Source: an uncultured Glaciecola sp.
GTDB taxonomy: Bacteria > Pseudomonadota > Gammaproteobacteria > Enterobacterales > Alteromonadaceae
Assembly: GCA_964643575.1 (NCBI GenBank)
Contig: CAZXTD010000004.1
Coordinates: forward strand, 2,016-66,015
Length of the DNA stretch: 64,000 bases
Direction of reading: 5' to 3'
The notes under the pieces were generated by a model. That model ran no database searches. It was not told the DNA's origin and was given only the letters and a program-made list of their open reading frames with translations. The stretch's first letter is position 1. Every line of letters starts with the position of its first letter. Position numbers and translations under genes: made by a program. Of this stretch, positions 10,363-19,653 are shown in pieces.

Positions 10363-11508
10363 TTACTCTTTTTTATGATTTATATGTTTGAGTATGAATG
10401 TTTCTGGTCGTAAGTCATAAGCAGACGTTTTACCATTAAGTACTTTGCTCATACTTTTAATCGCTTCTTTTGACCATTGAGGTGAATGTAAGAAGTCACC
10501 AAAAACCTGTGCATTGTTTTTATTTATATGACTCATGGGTGTTTTTATTACAAGCCCTAACTCGTCAGAAAAGTCGATTCCGTTCAAGTAATCGTAATAT
10601 AAAACAAGCGAAAAACCGGCTTCTAAAAAGTGGCCACCCATGCTCATTGTTAACTTGTTTTGCTCGATTAAAGACGGAGTCTCGTTCGACCAATCTATAC
10701 TGCCAATCACGGAATGTTTCGGGATTGACATTTTGCTTGTCTCTAGACCTTCCAATAACCCATATGCCATGATGTCGCTTGCAAGCCAAAATGCATCTAT
10801 GCTCGCATGTCGCTTAACTATTGTAGGGGTTATTTGGGCGACTCTTTGTTTGCTCCAGTCGCCATAAATAAACCCTAAAATCTGACTATTGCCGTCAGCT
10901 TTTACGGCTTCTTCAAGACCTGCCAGCCTCTGTTTGCTGACATCTGCAAAGCTTTGCCCGGTAATCGCAAAAAGATTGATATTGCATGCTTGGTTCGGAC
11001 ATTTATTGTTACGCCCTTGTTTGATTAATGCTGTGCCCAAGTCTTTACCCACAAGGAAATCATTAGGTGAAAGCTGTGCTAACCAATTAGGGTATTTTTC
11101 TCGGGGTTTACCTATAGACTTGCTCTGCTGCAATGACACATCTGAATTAATCGATATTAATGCAATGTCGTGTTTTTGGAGCAACAGCAGTATTTCTTCC
11201 TCAGAGCCAACCCAAAACGATGTCAGAACAAGTGAAGGCTTTTGGGGGCTGGCATTGATGCGGTTTTCTATAAATTCGGCAGCGCGAAATCTATTCCTCA
11301 TCGACTCTGGCGGATAAGCTACGTCCAAATTAAATCCTAAAACGTCAGCCACAGCTTGAGCAAAGTCAACCTGTGCATCCCAAAACGGAAACCCTTTATC
11401 AACTGGATAAATGAATAGAACATGCTCAGTATTAGTCTGTTCAAGCTTGGCGTTCGCATTAACGACAAAGCTTAGAATGCAAAAAATAGATAAAAATATG
11501 CGTGCCAA
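10363..11508 (-). CDS. Periplasmic sugar-binding-like protein (type I periplasmic binding fold)
   Basis: Signal peptide; FWDAQVDFAQAVA, RLAGLEEAV, YGDWSKQRV, DIMAYG, GGHFLE. Confidence 0.8.
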   Translation of the reverse strand: MARIFLSIFCILSFVVNANAKLEQTNTEHVLFIYPVDKGFPFWDAQVDFAQAVADVLGFNLDVAYPPESMRNRFRAAEFIENRINASPQKPSLVLTSFWVGSEEEILLLLQKHDIALISINSDVSLQQSKSIGKPREKYPNWLAQLSPNDFLVGKDLGTALIKQGRNNKCPNQACNINLFAITGQSFADVSKQRLAGLEEAVKADGNSQILGFIYGDWSKQRVAQITPTIVKRHASIDAFWLASDIMAYGLLEGLETSKMSIPKHSVIGSIDWSNETPSLIEQNKLTMSMGGHFLEAGFSLVLYYDYLNGIDFSDELGLVIKTPMSHINKNNAQVFGDFLHSPQWSKEAIKSMSKVLNGKTSAYDLRPETFILKHINHKKE

Positions 11509-11595
11509 GGATATATCCTATTAAATCAGATGTTCAAAAAGTTGAGCAACCAAGGTTAATTACCGTAAGCCCTATAATAGTTGATAATTCGGTGT

Positions 11596-12045
11596 TCAAA
11601 AAGGCTTGGCAATTGCCAATACTACAATTATAAGTAAGGCCAACACGGGCGCTTCGTTTAATATTCGATAAAACTTATGACTGTGAGTATTGGTATTATT
11701 TAAAAATCGCTTCATCAGTACAAATAAGTACGCGTGATAAACGTAATACAAAATCACAAACACCAACTTTATATGTAGCCACATGCTTAGCTTAAACCAG
11801 TCACGGCCATATTCTACAATCAATAAAACGCCAAAAACTAAGGTTAGTACGGCAAAAGGTGTGACAAAATACCAAAGCCGCCGCTGCATAATATTGAGTT
11901 GGTCTTTAAAGGCTTGATTAGTACTTTCGGCGTTATAAACAAACAAGCGAGGCAAGTAAAACAAGCCGGCCATCCAAGCGACCATAAAAAACACATGTAG
12001 AGATTTGTACCAAAGTAGCAAAGGGATATTTGTTAACCAATCCAT
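11596..12045 (-). CDS. hemJ: Protoporphyrinogen oxidase HemJ (CopD family)
   Basis: KSLHVFFMVAWMAGLFYLPRLFVY, WLHIKL, RILNEAP. Confidence 0.92.
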   Translation of the reverse strand: MDWLTNIPLLLWYKSLHVFFMVAWMAGLFYLPRLFVYNAESTNQAFKDQLNIMQRRLWYFVTPFAVLTLVFGVLLIVEYGRDWFKLSMWLHIKLVFVILYYVYHAYLFVLMKRFLNNTNTHSHKFYRILNEAPVLALLIIVVLAIAKPF

Positions 12046-12065
12046 ATAAAGTTCCAGTTAATCGA

Positions 12066-13943
12066 CTAGTGCCGTAGTCGGAGCAAATAAGTATGCAGCA
12101 TGTTCCAAGTGATTATACCGCAAATCTGACCGCGGATTTTTTCTGAATTGTGACCGTCAAATAGTTCTGAATCAATGTTTTCGTGTTCACTAGCCGTATT
12201 TGAGTACACAACAACACCGCCTTGTCGTTTTTTATAAAGTAATTCATAAACCTCGGCCAAGGTATTTTGTTCTGATACCGAGTGCAAGCTTTGTAGGCTA
12301 ATCGGATAAGCATTTTCTTGTAAGCTAACGTCGAGACTGACTAAGTTCCAGTCAAAATTAGGATCGTCAGCTGAGTCAGTATAATTAGGTGTTTTTTCGC
12401 GCATTTCATCAGAGTCTACGCTTACTGCGTTGTCGATAATTTCAGGCTCGATTGATGTTTTACTTACTCTATCAATTACAAACGCATCGGGGTGCTCTTG
12501 CAAATAACCATACATTTCGGCATCTTTGCCATCATAGTATACGCGAATATCGCGGCGCATGATGGCCATTACGCCAGTGTCTTGCAGCACATCTCTAATT
12601 GAGGTGGTGGTGTAGGGCAGGCCTTGATAGTCTAGTTGCAATACAAAAATAGAGCGATTAGCGCACAATTGCTTAGAAGTGACGTAAGCACTTACTATTG
12701 TTATGATGGCCGGCAGAATTACCTGTTGTGTTGAGCTCAGTTCCATAGCAGCCGATAGCGCGGCCATGGGCGCATGCAGCACAGCGGCTAAAAAGCCTGC
12801 TAGGCCAAGTAAAGCGTAATTTTCTGTAAGGCCTGACACTACTTGGCTATCTACTTCAAAAACAAACAAGCCCTGCAGGAAAAGCGTACCGGCTAAAATG
12901 CCTATCACCATTACAGCTCCAATGATCCCGCCAGGTACGCCTAAGCTAATGGCTACGATGGCGAGTAAAAACTTAGCGGCAAATAGCAGGGCTATGGCTA
13001 GTGTGTCGGGTGACGCATGTAAGAAGTTATTAATGTTAATAAATTCTGCACCAAGGGCACTGGGCATAAAAAAGGCAAATGCGCCCGTAATCACGGCAGC
13101 CGCCAACAAGCGCGTTACCATTGACAGCGGGCGACACAATCGCATGATACGCATTAGCTGGCTATTAAATACACTGGCCAATATACCCAAAAACATGCCC
13201 AATAAAATAAGCAAGGGAAAGTGCGAGTATTCCATGATTGAGAAGTCTAAAAATGCGAGTTCAGTCACATCACCAAATACCAAGCGTGTTAAAAACGACC
13301 CGCATGCGGCGGCGAGCAAAACAGGCACAAAAATATGTACCTTGTATTCCCGCATCACCACTTCCATTACAAATATTACAGCAGCAAAAGGGGTATTAAA
13401 TGCTGCAGCAATACCTGCTGCAATGCCGCACCCGGCTAATATGCGCAGGCTATTAAAGGGGAGTTTAAACCAACGGCCAACGTAATGACTCGCTGCAGCC
13501 GCTAAATGTACTGTCGGGCCTTCTTTGCCCACAACAAAACCGCTGGCTAATGCTAAAATGCCGCCAAAAAACTGATTGATTGAGCTGACAAAAGGAATGT
13601 GACCGTAAAAAAGTTTAAATCGGTGTATAACAAATGGTATACCCAGCCGATAATGTTTAAACCCGGTAAGTTTTGCGATGGCAATGATGGTAAGTACGGC
13701 AATAATTGGGAATAAAAATAGTTGCCAACTAGGCAATGCGCTATAATCTCCCACACTGCCTAAAATCGATACTTGTAAAAGCGCTAAACATAGCCTAAAC
13801 AGTATGATGATACCAGCCGCAATGAGCCCGCCTAGCAACCCGATAATACATAGTTGGACTGATGTAGACGGTGTTGATAGAGCTAGGCGCAGCGCAGGTA
13901 AAAAGCTGAGCGATTGCAAAAAGTGTTGGGTGCGAGTAAACAA
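12066..13943 (-). CDS. CLC-family chloride channel/antiporter with degenerate C-terminal CBS-like region
   Basis: GKEGPTVH, AAAFNTPFAAVIF, PGGIIG and multiple TM helices. Confidence 0.9.
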   Translation of the reverse strand: MFTRTQHFLQSLSFLPALRLALSTPSTSVQLCIIGLLGGLIAAGIIILFRLCLALLQVSILGSVGDYSALPSWQLFLFPIIAVLTIIAIAKLTGFKHYRLGIPFVIHRFKLFYGHIPFVSSINQFFGGILALASGFVVGKEGPTVHLAAAASHYVGRWFKLPFNSLRILAGCGIAAGIAAAFNTPFAAVIFVMEVVMREYKVHIFVPVLLAAACGSFLTRLVFGDVTELAFLDFSIMEYSHFPLLILLGMFLGILASVFNSQLMRIMRLCRPLSMVTRLLAAAVITGAFAFFMPSALGAEFININNFLHASPDTLAIALLFAAKFLLAIVAISLGVPGGIIGAVMVIGILAGTLFLQGLFVFEVDSQVVSGLTENYALLGLAGFLAAVLHAPMAALSAAMELSSTQQVILPAIITIVSAYVTSKQLCANRSIFVLQLDYQGLPYTTTSIRDVLQDTGVMAIMRRDIRVYYDGKDAEMYGYLQEHPDAFVIDRVSKTSIEPEIIDNAVSVDSDEMREKTPNYTDSADDPNFDWNLVSLDVSLQENAYPISLQSLHSVSEQNTLAEVYELLYKKRQGGVVVYSNTASEHENIDSELFDGHNSEKIRGQICGIITWNMLHTYLLRLRH

Positions 13944-14081
13944 ATTAATACGCTATTAGTTGATTCAATATAAACGAACGGCTATTGAGTGAAATTCTAC
14001 AAGATTGCTACGCTATCGTATTGTTGCATATACGTTAGCGATAGTATCAGATTAACATAAAACAACAACTTAGGAGAGACA

Positions 14082-14792
14082 TTGGACTTAAGAAAATACC
14101 GCGAAAAAGCTGGCTTTGTTCGCTATTACTTAGTCTTAATTATAATTATTGTTGCAGTCGCTTACGCAGGCTATGAGTTTGCGCATGTCGAAAAAGCGAG
14201 TTTAGAAGCAGACAATAGGCTACTCAATAAAAGCCTGAATAATTTGAGCGGTGAGCATCAAAAGCTACAATCTGACTACAATATTTTGAAAGTAGAGCTA
14301 GAAATAGCACAACTAGCTAATGAGCAGTCTCAAGTCAGTATTAAAGATGGTATTAACCGTGAACAAACTTTAAAAGAACAAATATCGTTTTATCAACGAG
14401 TGCTTGCCCCCGAAATGTCGCAAGATGGCTTTGTAGTTGAACGAATGGAAATATCGCCAACGGTAAGTGAAAATAACTACGCAGTAAATATGATTTTATT
14501 GCAACATGAAAACATCAAAGCCGTTGTAAAAGGGACCTTGAGCATTCGCGTATTCGGGAGTCAAAACGGTAAGGCGCAAAGCTTTGACATTCAAGACCTG
14601 CAAGACGTACCTAAGTCGTCATTAGAATTTGCGTTCAAATATTTTCAGGTTGTACAAACAAGCATAACCTTACCGAGTGACTTTACGCCCGACCGTTTCG
14701 AAATCAATACCGACATTTACAAGTATCGTAAAAAACGTGGGTCCTATTCAACTACCATTAAATGGCAAGAAGCATTTAGCGAAGCTGAGTGA
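14082..14792 (+). CDS. Conserved protein with N-terminal TM helix and coiled coil (DUF6776-like)
   Basis: TTG start with AGGAG RBS; FYQRVLAPE and FKYFQ...LP.DF.P motifs; lies upstream of erpA. Confidence 0.7.
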   Translation: MDLRKYREKAGFVRYYLVLIIIIVAVAYAGYEFAHVEKASLEADNRLLNKSLNNLSGEHQKLQSDYNILKVELEIAQLANEQSQVSIKDGINREQTLKEQISFYQRVLAPEMSQDGFVVERMEISPTVSENNYAVNMILLQHENIKAVVKGTLSIRVFGSQNGKAQSFDIQDLQDVPKSSLEFAFKYFQVVQTSITLPSDFTPDRFEINTDIYKYRKKRGSYSTTIKWQEAFSEAE

Positions 14793-14817
14793 ATACTTGA
14801 TTAAAACACTCAGGTAT
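14793..14817 (+). promoter_or_regulatory. Type-1 IscR binding site
   Basis: ATACTTGATTAAAACACTCAGGTAT matches ATASYYGACTRWWWYAGTCRRSTAT at 23 of 25 positions, about 90 bp upstream of erpA. Confidence 0.8.
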
Positions 14818-14908
14818 TAGATAATTAACGGGTTGATTAGTTTATTAATGCAAGCACATTGGGATGTATTAATGTGATTTCGAACGTATGGTGCTTGTGG
14901 AGAAATTT

Positions 14909-15253
14909 ATGTCTGTAGAATCTGCCATGCCTATTGAGTTTTCAGACTCGGCGGCAAGCAAAGTTAAAACCCTGATTGAAGAAGAAGAAAATCCAAACCT
15001 TAAGTTGCGCGTGTATGTCACAGGTGGCGGATGTTCTGGTTTTCAATACGGATTTACATTTGACGAAAAAGTAAACGAAGGCGATATGACCATTGAAAAT
15101 CAAACTGTCACTTTAGTGGTAGACCCAATGAGTTTACAATACTTAGTTGGCGGCATCGTTGATTATACTGACGGTTTAGAAGGCTCTCGTTTTTTTGTGA
15201 ATAACCCAAATGCGAGTACCACTTGCGGCTGCGGCGCGAGTTTTAGTGTGTAG
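14909..15253 (+). CDS. erpA: Iron-sulfur cluster insertion protein ErpA
   Basis: [17 protein letters not shown] and [14 protein letters not shown]; start moved to ATG 14909 after a GGAG RBS. Confidence 0.96.
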   Translation: MSVESAMPIEFSDSAASKVKTLIEEEENPNLKLRVYVTGGGCSGFQYGFTFDEKVNEGDMTIENQTVTLVVDPMSLQYLVGGIVDYTDGLEGSRFFVNNPNASTTCGCGASFSV

Positions 15254-15311
15254 TTGAGTTTTAATAATCACTTTTACGCAGTACAACATTAACAACCACA
15301 GGAAAATATAA

Positions 15312-15896
15312 ATGAGTGCAAGTATGCAATTGTACGGGTCGACAACCTCACCTTACGTGCGCCGCTTACGTATTTACATGCAGGAGCTTGAGCACGAGTT
15401 TATCGAGGTTGATATATTCAATAGCAGAGACCGCAGCAGTATTGCAATTGACAACCCGACGCTTAAAATTCCAATGTTAAAGCACGACGGGCAGGTAATC
15501 CTCGATTCTGGCGTGATTCAGCAATATCTTCAGCAGGTGCTAACATTACCTCAGCTAAGCTGGGACGAACGCAACTTACTGACCAGTATCGATGCGGTCA
15601 ACGATTCCCTTGTGCAAATGCTGATACTTTCACGCTCCGAAATAGACACAAGTTCAGACAAAATGTATTTCAGAATACAACGTGAACGCATGGATGTCGT
15701 ATTCGCTCATTTAGAAAAGGCAGCAGAGCAAGGTGCATTTGAACAATGGAATTATCTTTCGATTAGTCTTTACTGTCTGCTAGATTGGGTTATGTTTAGA
15801 GCATTGCATGATATTTCTAGCTTTAGTTTGTTAAACAAACTTTACCATCAGTGGCATCAGCTGGCTATTTGCCATCAAACTGACCCTCGCCAATAG
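15312..15896 (+). CDS. Glutathione S-transferase family protein
   Basis: LYGSTTSPYVRRLR, NPTLKIPML, DSGVI. Confidence 0.88.
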   Translation: MSASMQLYGSTTSPYVRRLRIYMQELEHEFIEVDIFNSRDRSSIAIDNPTLKIPMLKHDGQVILDSGVIQQYLQQVLTLPQLSWDERNLLTSIDAVNDSLVQMLILSRSEIDTSSDKMYFRIQRERMDVVFAHLEKAAEQGAFEQWNYLSISLYCLLDWVMFRALHDISSFSLLNKLYHQWHQLAICHQTDPRQ

Positions 15897-15906
15897 CGTT
15901 TTTATT

Positions 15907-16860
15907 TTAGGTCGAAAAGTGCACTTCGGCGCGTATGGCAACGCCTGGTGAGGCTCTAAAGTTTTCCTCGCGTAGCCATAAAATAAAGGGTTCTACTTCT
16001 ATAAATAGCCAGTCGCGCAACACTTTTCTTTTGTAACGCATGCTCAGTAGCATTTGTTCTTTGCGGTAATTAGGTCGAGACAGGCCGTCTATCATTGCCG
16101 TGAATACGTAGCTCGTGTCGTTCTTGGCCAAATGCAAATATTGGACTTCGTGTCGCCATACCCAATCGTCTGTTTTATCTCTAAAGCGGAAATTATTATT
16201 AAACTCAAAGGCCGACCGGCTATCAAACACATAGCCAAACTCGGCATTTAGCTCAACGCCTAGTTTATCGCCTGAGTACCAATGGCTCTCAGCATAGTAG
16301 TAAAGATTAGCGTCTTTGCTATATTTTATTTCATCCGTATAACGAGCTCTTGTATAAAGCTGGCTGCCGCGCCCAAAACCAACCCGGTAGGATAGTTTGT
16401 CTTTGTCTTCTTGTTTGAATTGCAATGCAAGAACCGTTTGGTCATTGTTGCCAAGCTCATCACGACGAGCTGATTTCAAAGCTTGTTGATTACCGCTGTC
16501 TTCTTCGTCTGACAAAAATAGTTCTACACGGTCTTTTAGTGCGGGAAGGGTAGCACGAATTCTAAATCTAAAGTCAATTTCACTAAAATCGCCCGAACGA
16601 GGCTCCCAACCAAAACGCAATTTGCCCCGTGTAGTGGGTAATGTGTCTTGATTGCCGCCTTCGTGCTTAAACCAGTTATTGATTGTGTCGGCAGTAGAGT
16701 CTACGCCGTAGTTTAAATAACAGTATGCGTCATCTATCGGTCCGAGTTGACCACAAAAATCATAATTTAAATCGTTTATTACTTGCTTGTCTGGCCGTTC
16801 GTTTGACAGAACAACGGCATGCCAAGTATTGAGTAATAAGAAATAAAGACCAAAACGCAA
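15907..16860 (-). CDS. Hypothetical exported protein, probable outer-membrane beta-barrel
   Basis: Hydrophobic N-terminus, alternating beta-strand pattern, C-terminal aromatic end (RAEVHFST). Confidence 0.7.
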   Translation of the reverse strand: MRFGLYFLLLNTWHAVVLSNERPDKQVINDLNYDFCGQLGPIDDAYCYLNYGVDSTADTINNWFKHEGGNQDTLPTTRGKLRFGWEPRSGDFSEIDFRFRIRATLPALKDRVELFLSDEEDSGNQQALKSARRDELGNNDQTVLALQFKQEDKDKLSYRVGFGRGSQLYTRARYTDEIKYSKDANLYYYAESHWYSGDKLGVELNAEFGYVFDSRSAFEFNNNFRFRDKTDDWVWRHEVQYLHLAKNDTSYVFTAMIDGLSRPNYRKEQMLLSMRYKRKVLRDWLFIEVEPFILWLREENFRASPGVAIRAEVHFST

Positions 16861-17037
16861 CAGTTTAATAATAAATTCACCTTAATTAGCTTGTGTTTTG
16901 TGCTACGGCTGGATATTTTAGCTCTGTGGTATCTTATACAGTGATTATTAACATTATCTAAGTATAATACCAACACAAGCGAAGCGCTTATTCAAATAAT
17001 AATCTTCAATAGCATTTGTATACAAAGAGGGAAAACC

Positions 17038-17298
17038 ATGGGCTTAAGTGTACCCAGTATAATACTGATATTAGTCATCGTGATACTGTTGTTTGGCACA
17101 TCAAAACTAAAAAACATGGGGTCAGATTTAGGATCTGCGCTTAAAGGCTTTAAAAAAGCAGTAAGTGAAGACGACAGTAAAAAAGACGATCAACAAGACG
17201 CTGATTTTGCGCCGCTTGAAAAGCCCGACCAAAAAACGGCCGATTCAAATGTGCAACAAACGTCTCAAAACGCTGATAAAGAAAAACAAGACAAGTAG
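17038..17298 (+). CDS. tatA: Twin-arginine translocase subunit TatA
   Basis: ILLFGTSKLKNMGSDLGSALKGFKKA. Confidence 0.96.
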   Translation: MGLSVPSIILILVIVILLFGTSKLKNMGSDLGSALKGFKKAVSEDDSKKDDQQDADFAPLEKPDQKTADSNVQQTSQNADKEKQDK

Positions 17299-17316
17299 AA
17301 ATAAGAACGCTTTTTT

Positions 17317-17973
17317 ATGTTTGATATCGGCTTTTTAGAAATGATGGTGATTGGTGTCCTTGCGCTTTTGGTGCTAGGGCCAGAGCGTTTGCCGGGCGCG
17401 ATAAAGTCATGCATGCAAACCGTGCGAAGTATAAAAGAGATGGCAAACGGCTTTAAGCAAGAAGTTTCTGCTCAAATAGATGCCCATGAATTACATGCTA
17501 ATTTAAAAAAGGCTGAAGAATTGGGCATGAAGAATCTTGGTAAAGATATACAAGATTCGGTCAATGAGCTTAAAGAAGCTGCTGCTTCTGTACAGCGACC
17601 CTACCAAAAAGCGAAAGACGAGCTGACAAGCACCGATATTTCCAAGCAAATAGACGAGCGCAGTATTGCCCCACCCGTATCATCAAATCAGCAATCACAA
17701 ACCGGCCAAGCTGTAACTGATACGCCTGAAATCGCTTTTCCCTCAAACGAGCCTCAAATCACGCCGCAAAGAGAGTTTGACGATTATCAGCATAACGATA
17801 ACGCGTTATCTGCAGACGGTGAGAGTGGGCAGGCGCAGACTGAGCTTAAGTCTGGAAATAAAAGCGAACAAGCCACAAACGAGCAGCCCGACAGTAGCTT
17901 CGATAACAATCTACTAGACGAAGCGATTTCTAAAAATATGACAAGGCCAACTGTAACCAAACCTCATGAGTGA
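17317..17973 (+). CDS. tatB: Twin-arginine translocase subunit TatB with long polar tail
   Basis: [26 protein letters not shown]. Confidence 0.95.
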   Translation: MFDIGFLEMMVIGVLALLVLGPERLPGAIKSCMQTVRSIKEMANGFKQEVSAQIDAHELHANLKKAEELGMKNLGKDIQDSVNELKEAAASVQRPYQKAKDELTSTDISKQIDERSIAPPVSSNQQSQTGQAVTDTPEIAFPSNEPQITPQREFDDYQHNDNALSADGESGQAQTELKSGNKSEQATNEQPDSSFDNNLLDEAISKNMTRPTVTKPHE

Positions 17974-18724
17974 ACCCGGTACTTTAATTTCTCATTTAAT
18001 CGAGCTTCGATCGCGTATTCTTAAAGCGTTGCTTGCAGTTTTAATTGTGTTTTTGTGCTTGTTTTACTTTGCACAAGACCTCTATCAATATCTAGCGCTT
18101 CCGCTTATTGCCACTTTGCCCGAAGGCTCAACAATGATAGCAACGGCAGTCGCATCGCCCTTTTTAGCGCCTTTTAAACTCACTTTGGTGCTTTCGTTTT
18201 TTATAGCTATTCCGGTTGTGTTATATCAAATATGGGCTTTTGTAGCGCCAGGCTTATACCGAAACGAAAAAAAACTGATTGCGCCCTTACTCGCGAGCAG
18301 CACATTGTTGTTTTACGCCGGTATGGCCTTTGCCTACTATGTTGTTTTCCCTCTCGTATTTATGTTTTTTAATAGCGTAGCGCCAGAAGGAGTGTTGGTT
18401 AGTACCGATATTTCAAGTTACTTAGATTTTGTACTCAAGTTATTTTTTGCCTTTGGTCTTGCATTTGAAGTACCTATCGCGGTCATACTCATGTGCTGGA
18501 CGGGAGCTACTACCGCAGAAAGCCTGCGGAAAAAGCGACCCTATGTCATTGTTGCCGCTTTTGTTATTGGCATGTTGTTAACACCGCCCGATGTTATTTC
18601 GCAGGTCTTGTTGGCCGTACCTATGTGGATTTTGTTTGAAATAGGGGTCATTATTGGTGGCCTTTATGGCAACAAACGTGCGCAAGAACCGCAAGATGAA
18701 GATGAGCCAGAAGACGCCCGTTGA
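17966..18724 (+). CDS. tatC: Twin-arginine translocase subunit TatC
   Basis: [28 protein letters not shown]. Confidence 0.97.
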   Translation: MSEPGTLISHLIELRSRILKALLAVLIVFLCLFYFAQDLYQYLALPLIATLPEGSTMIATAVASPFLAPFKLTLVLSFFIAIPVVLYQIWAFVAPGLYRNEKKLIAPLLASSTLLFYAGMAFAYYVVFPLVFMFFNSVAPEGVLVSTDISSYLDFVLKLFFAFGLAFEVPIAVILMCWTGATTAESLRKKRPYVIVAAFVIGMLLTPPDVISQVLLAVPMWILFEIGVIIGGLYGNKRAQEPQDEDEPEDAR

Positions 18725-18740
18725 GCTTTTCAACAATCAA

Positions 18741-19613
18741 ATGGACACGTGGATTGACACTGGGGTAAACCTTCTCGACCCACGTTTATGTTCTCCTGAT
18801 ATTTTACATCGCGCCTATGATGCGTATGTTAGGCATATCCTTGTTATTTCATCGACTTTAGACGAATCGGTTGAAGCTCTTGCGCTTTGTGCTTCTAATA
18901 ATCATGGTGATACTAACGCACCTCAAAATACCCACAAAAAAGTCAGACTGGCATGCACTGCAGGTATTCATCCTCATCACGCAGACAAATACGCTAAAAA
19001 CGGTCAAGTCATAAGCGATTCAGAGCAAGACTCTGCCAACGGCAATCTTCAATATTGGGCTAAACTTAAACAACTATGTGCCGATAAAAATGTGAGCGCA
19101 ATTGGCGAGTGTGGACTTGATTTTAATCGAAATTTTTCAACTCAAGAGAACCAACTAGCCGTATTTGAGCAACAATTAATCATTGCTGCTGAGCTTGGCA
19201 TGGGCGTTTATTTGCATGAACGCGACGCCTTTGACGCACAATTTGCCTTATTGCAGAAGTATGCGAGCCGTCTAAAGTTTATGGTTGTGCACTGTTTTAC
19301 CGGTACGCTAGCGCAAATGCTGAAATACCTTGAACTGGGGTGTTTTATTGGCGTAACTGGCTGGCTTTGCGATAACAAACGAGGGCTAGCACTACAAGAG
19401 GCGGTAAAGCATTTGCCGCTTTCACGCTTACTTTTAGAAACAGATGCGCCGTATTTATTTCCAAAAACACTGCGGCCTCGTAAATCGACCAATGAGCCTT
19501 GCAATATTCCTTATATTGGCAGAGCGCTGGCGGAACAGCTGGAAGAGTCTGAACAGACGGTAAGAAATTATGCGTTTAAAAACGCAGAACAGCTATTTTT
19601 CAATGAGAGGTAG
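18741..19613 (+). CDS. tatD: TatD-family DNase
   Basis: WIDTGVNL, GIHPH, IGECGLDFNR, YLHER, VHCF, LLLETDAPY; start moved to ATG 18741. Confidence 0.92.
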   Translation: MDTWIDTGVNLLDPRLCSPDILHRAYDAYVRHILVISSTLDESVEALALCASNNHGDTNAPQNTHKKVRLACTAGIHPHHADKYAKNGQVISDSEQDSANGNLQYWAKLKQLCADKNVSAIGECGLDFNRNFSTQENQLAVFEQQLIIAAELGMGVYLHERDAFDAQFALLQKYASRLKFMVVHCFTGTLAQMLKYLELGCFIGVTGWLCDNKRGLALQEAVKHLPLSRLLLETDAPYLFPKTLRPRKSTNEPCNIPYIGRALAEQLEESEQTVRNYAFKNAEQLFFNER

Positions 19614-19653
19614 CTGTAGACAATAATCGACAAATTTCACTCAAGAGTAGTAG

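Noticed and set aside
17600-17973. Long polar TatB tail
   Set aside because: Variable disordered C-termini are normal for TatB
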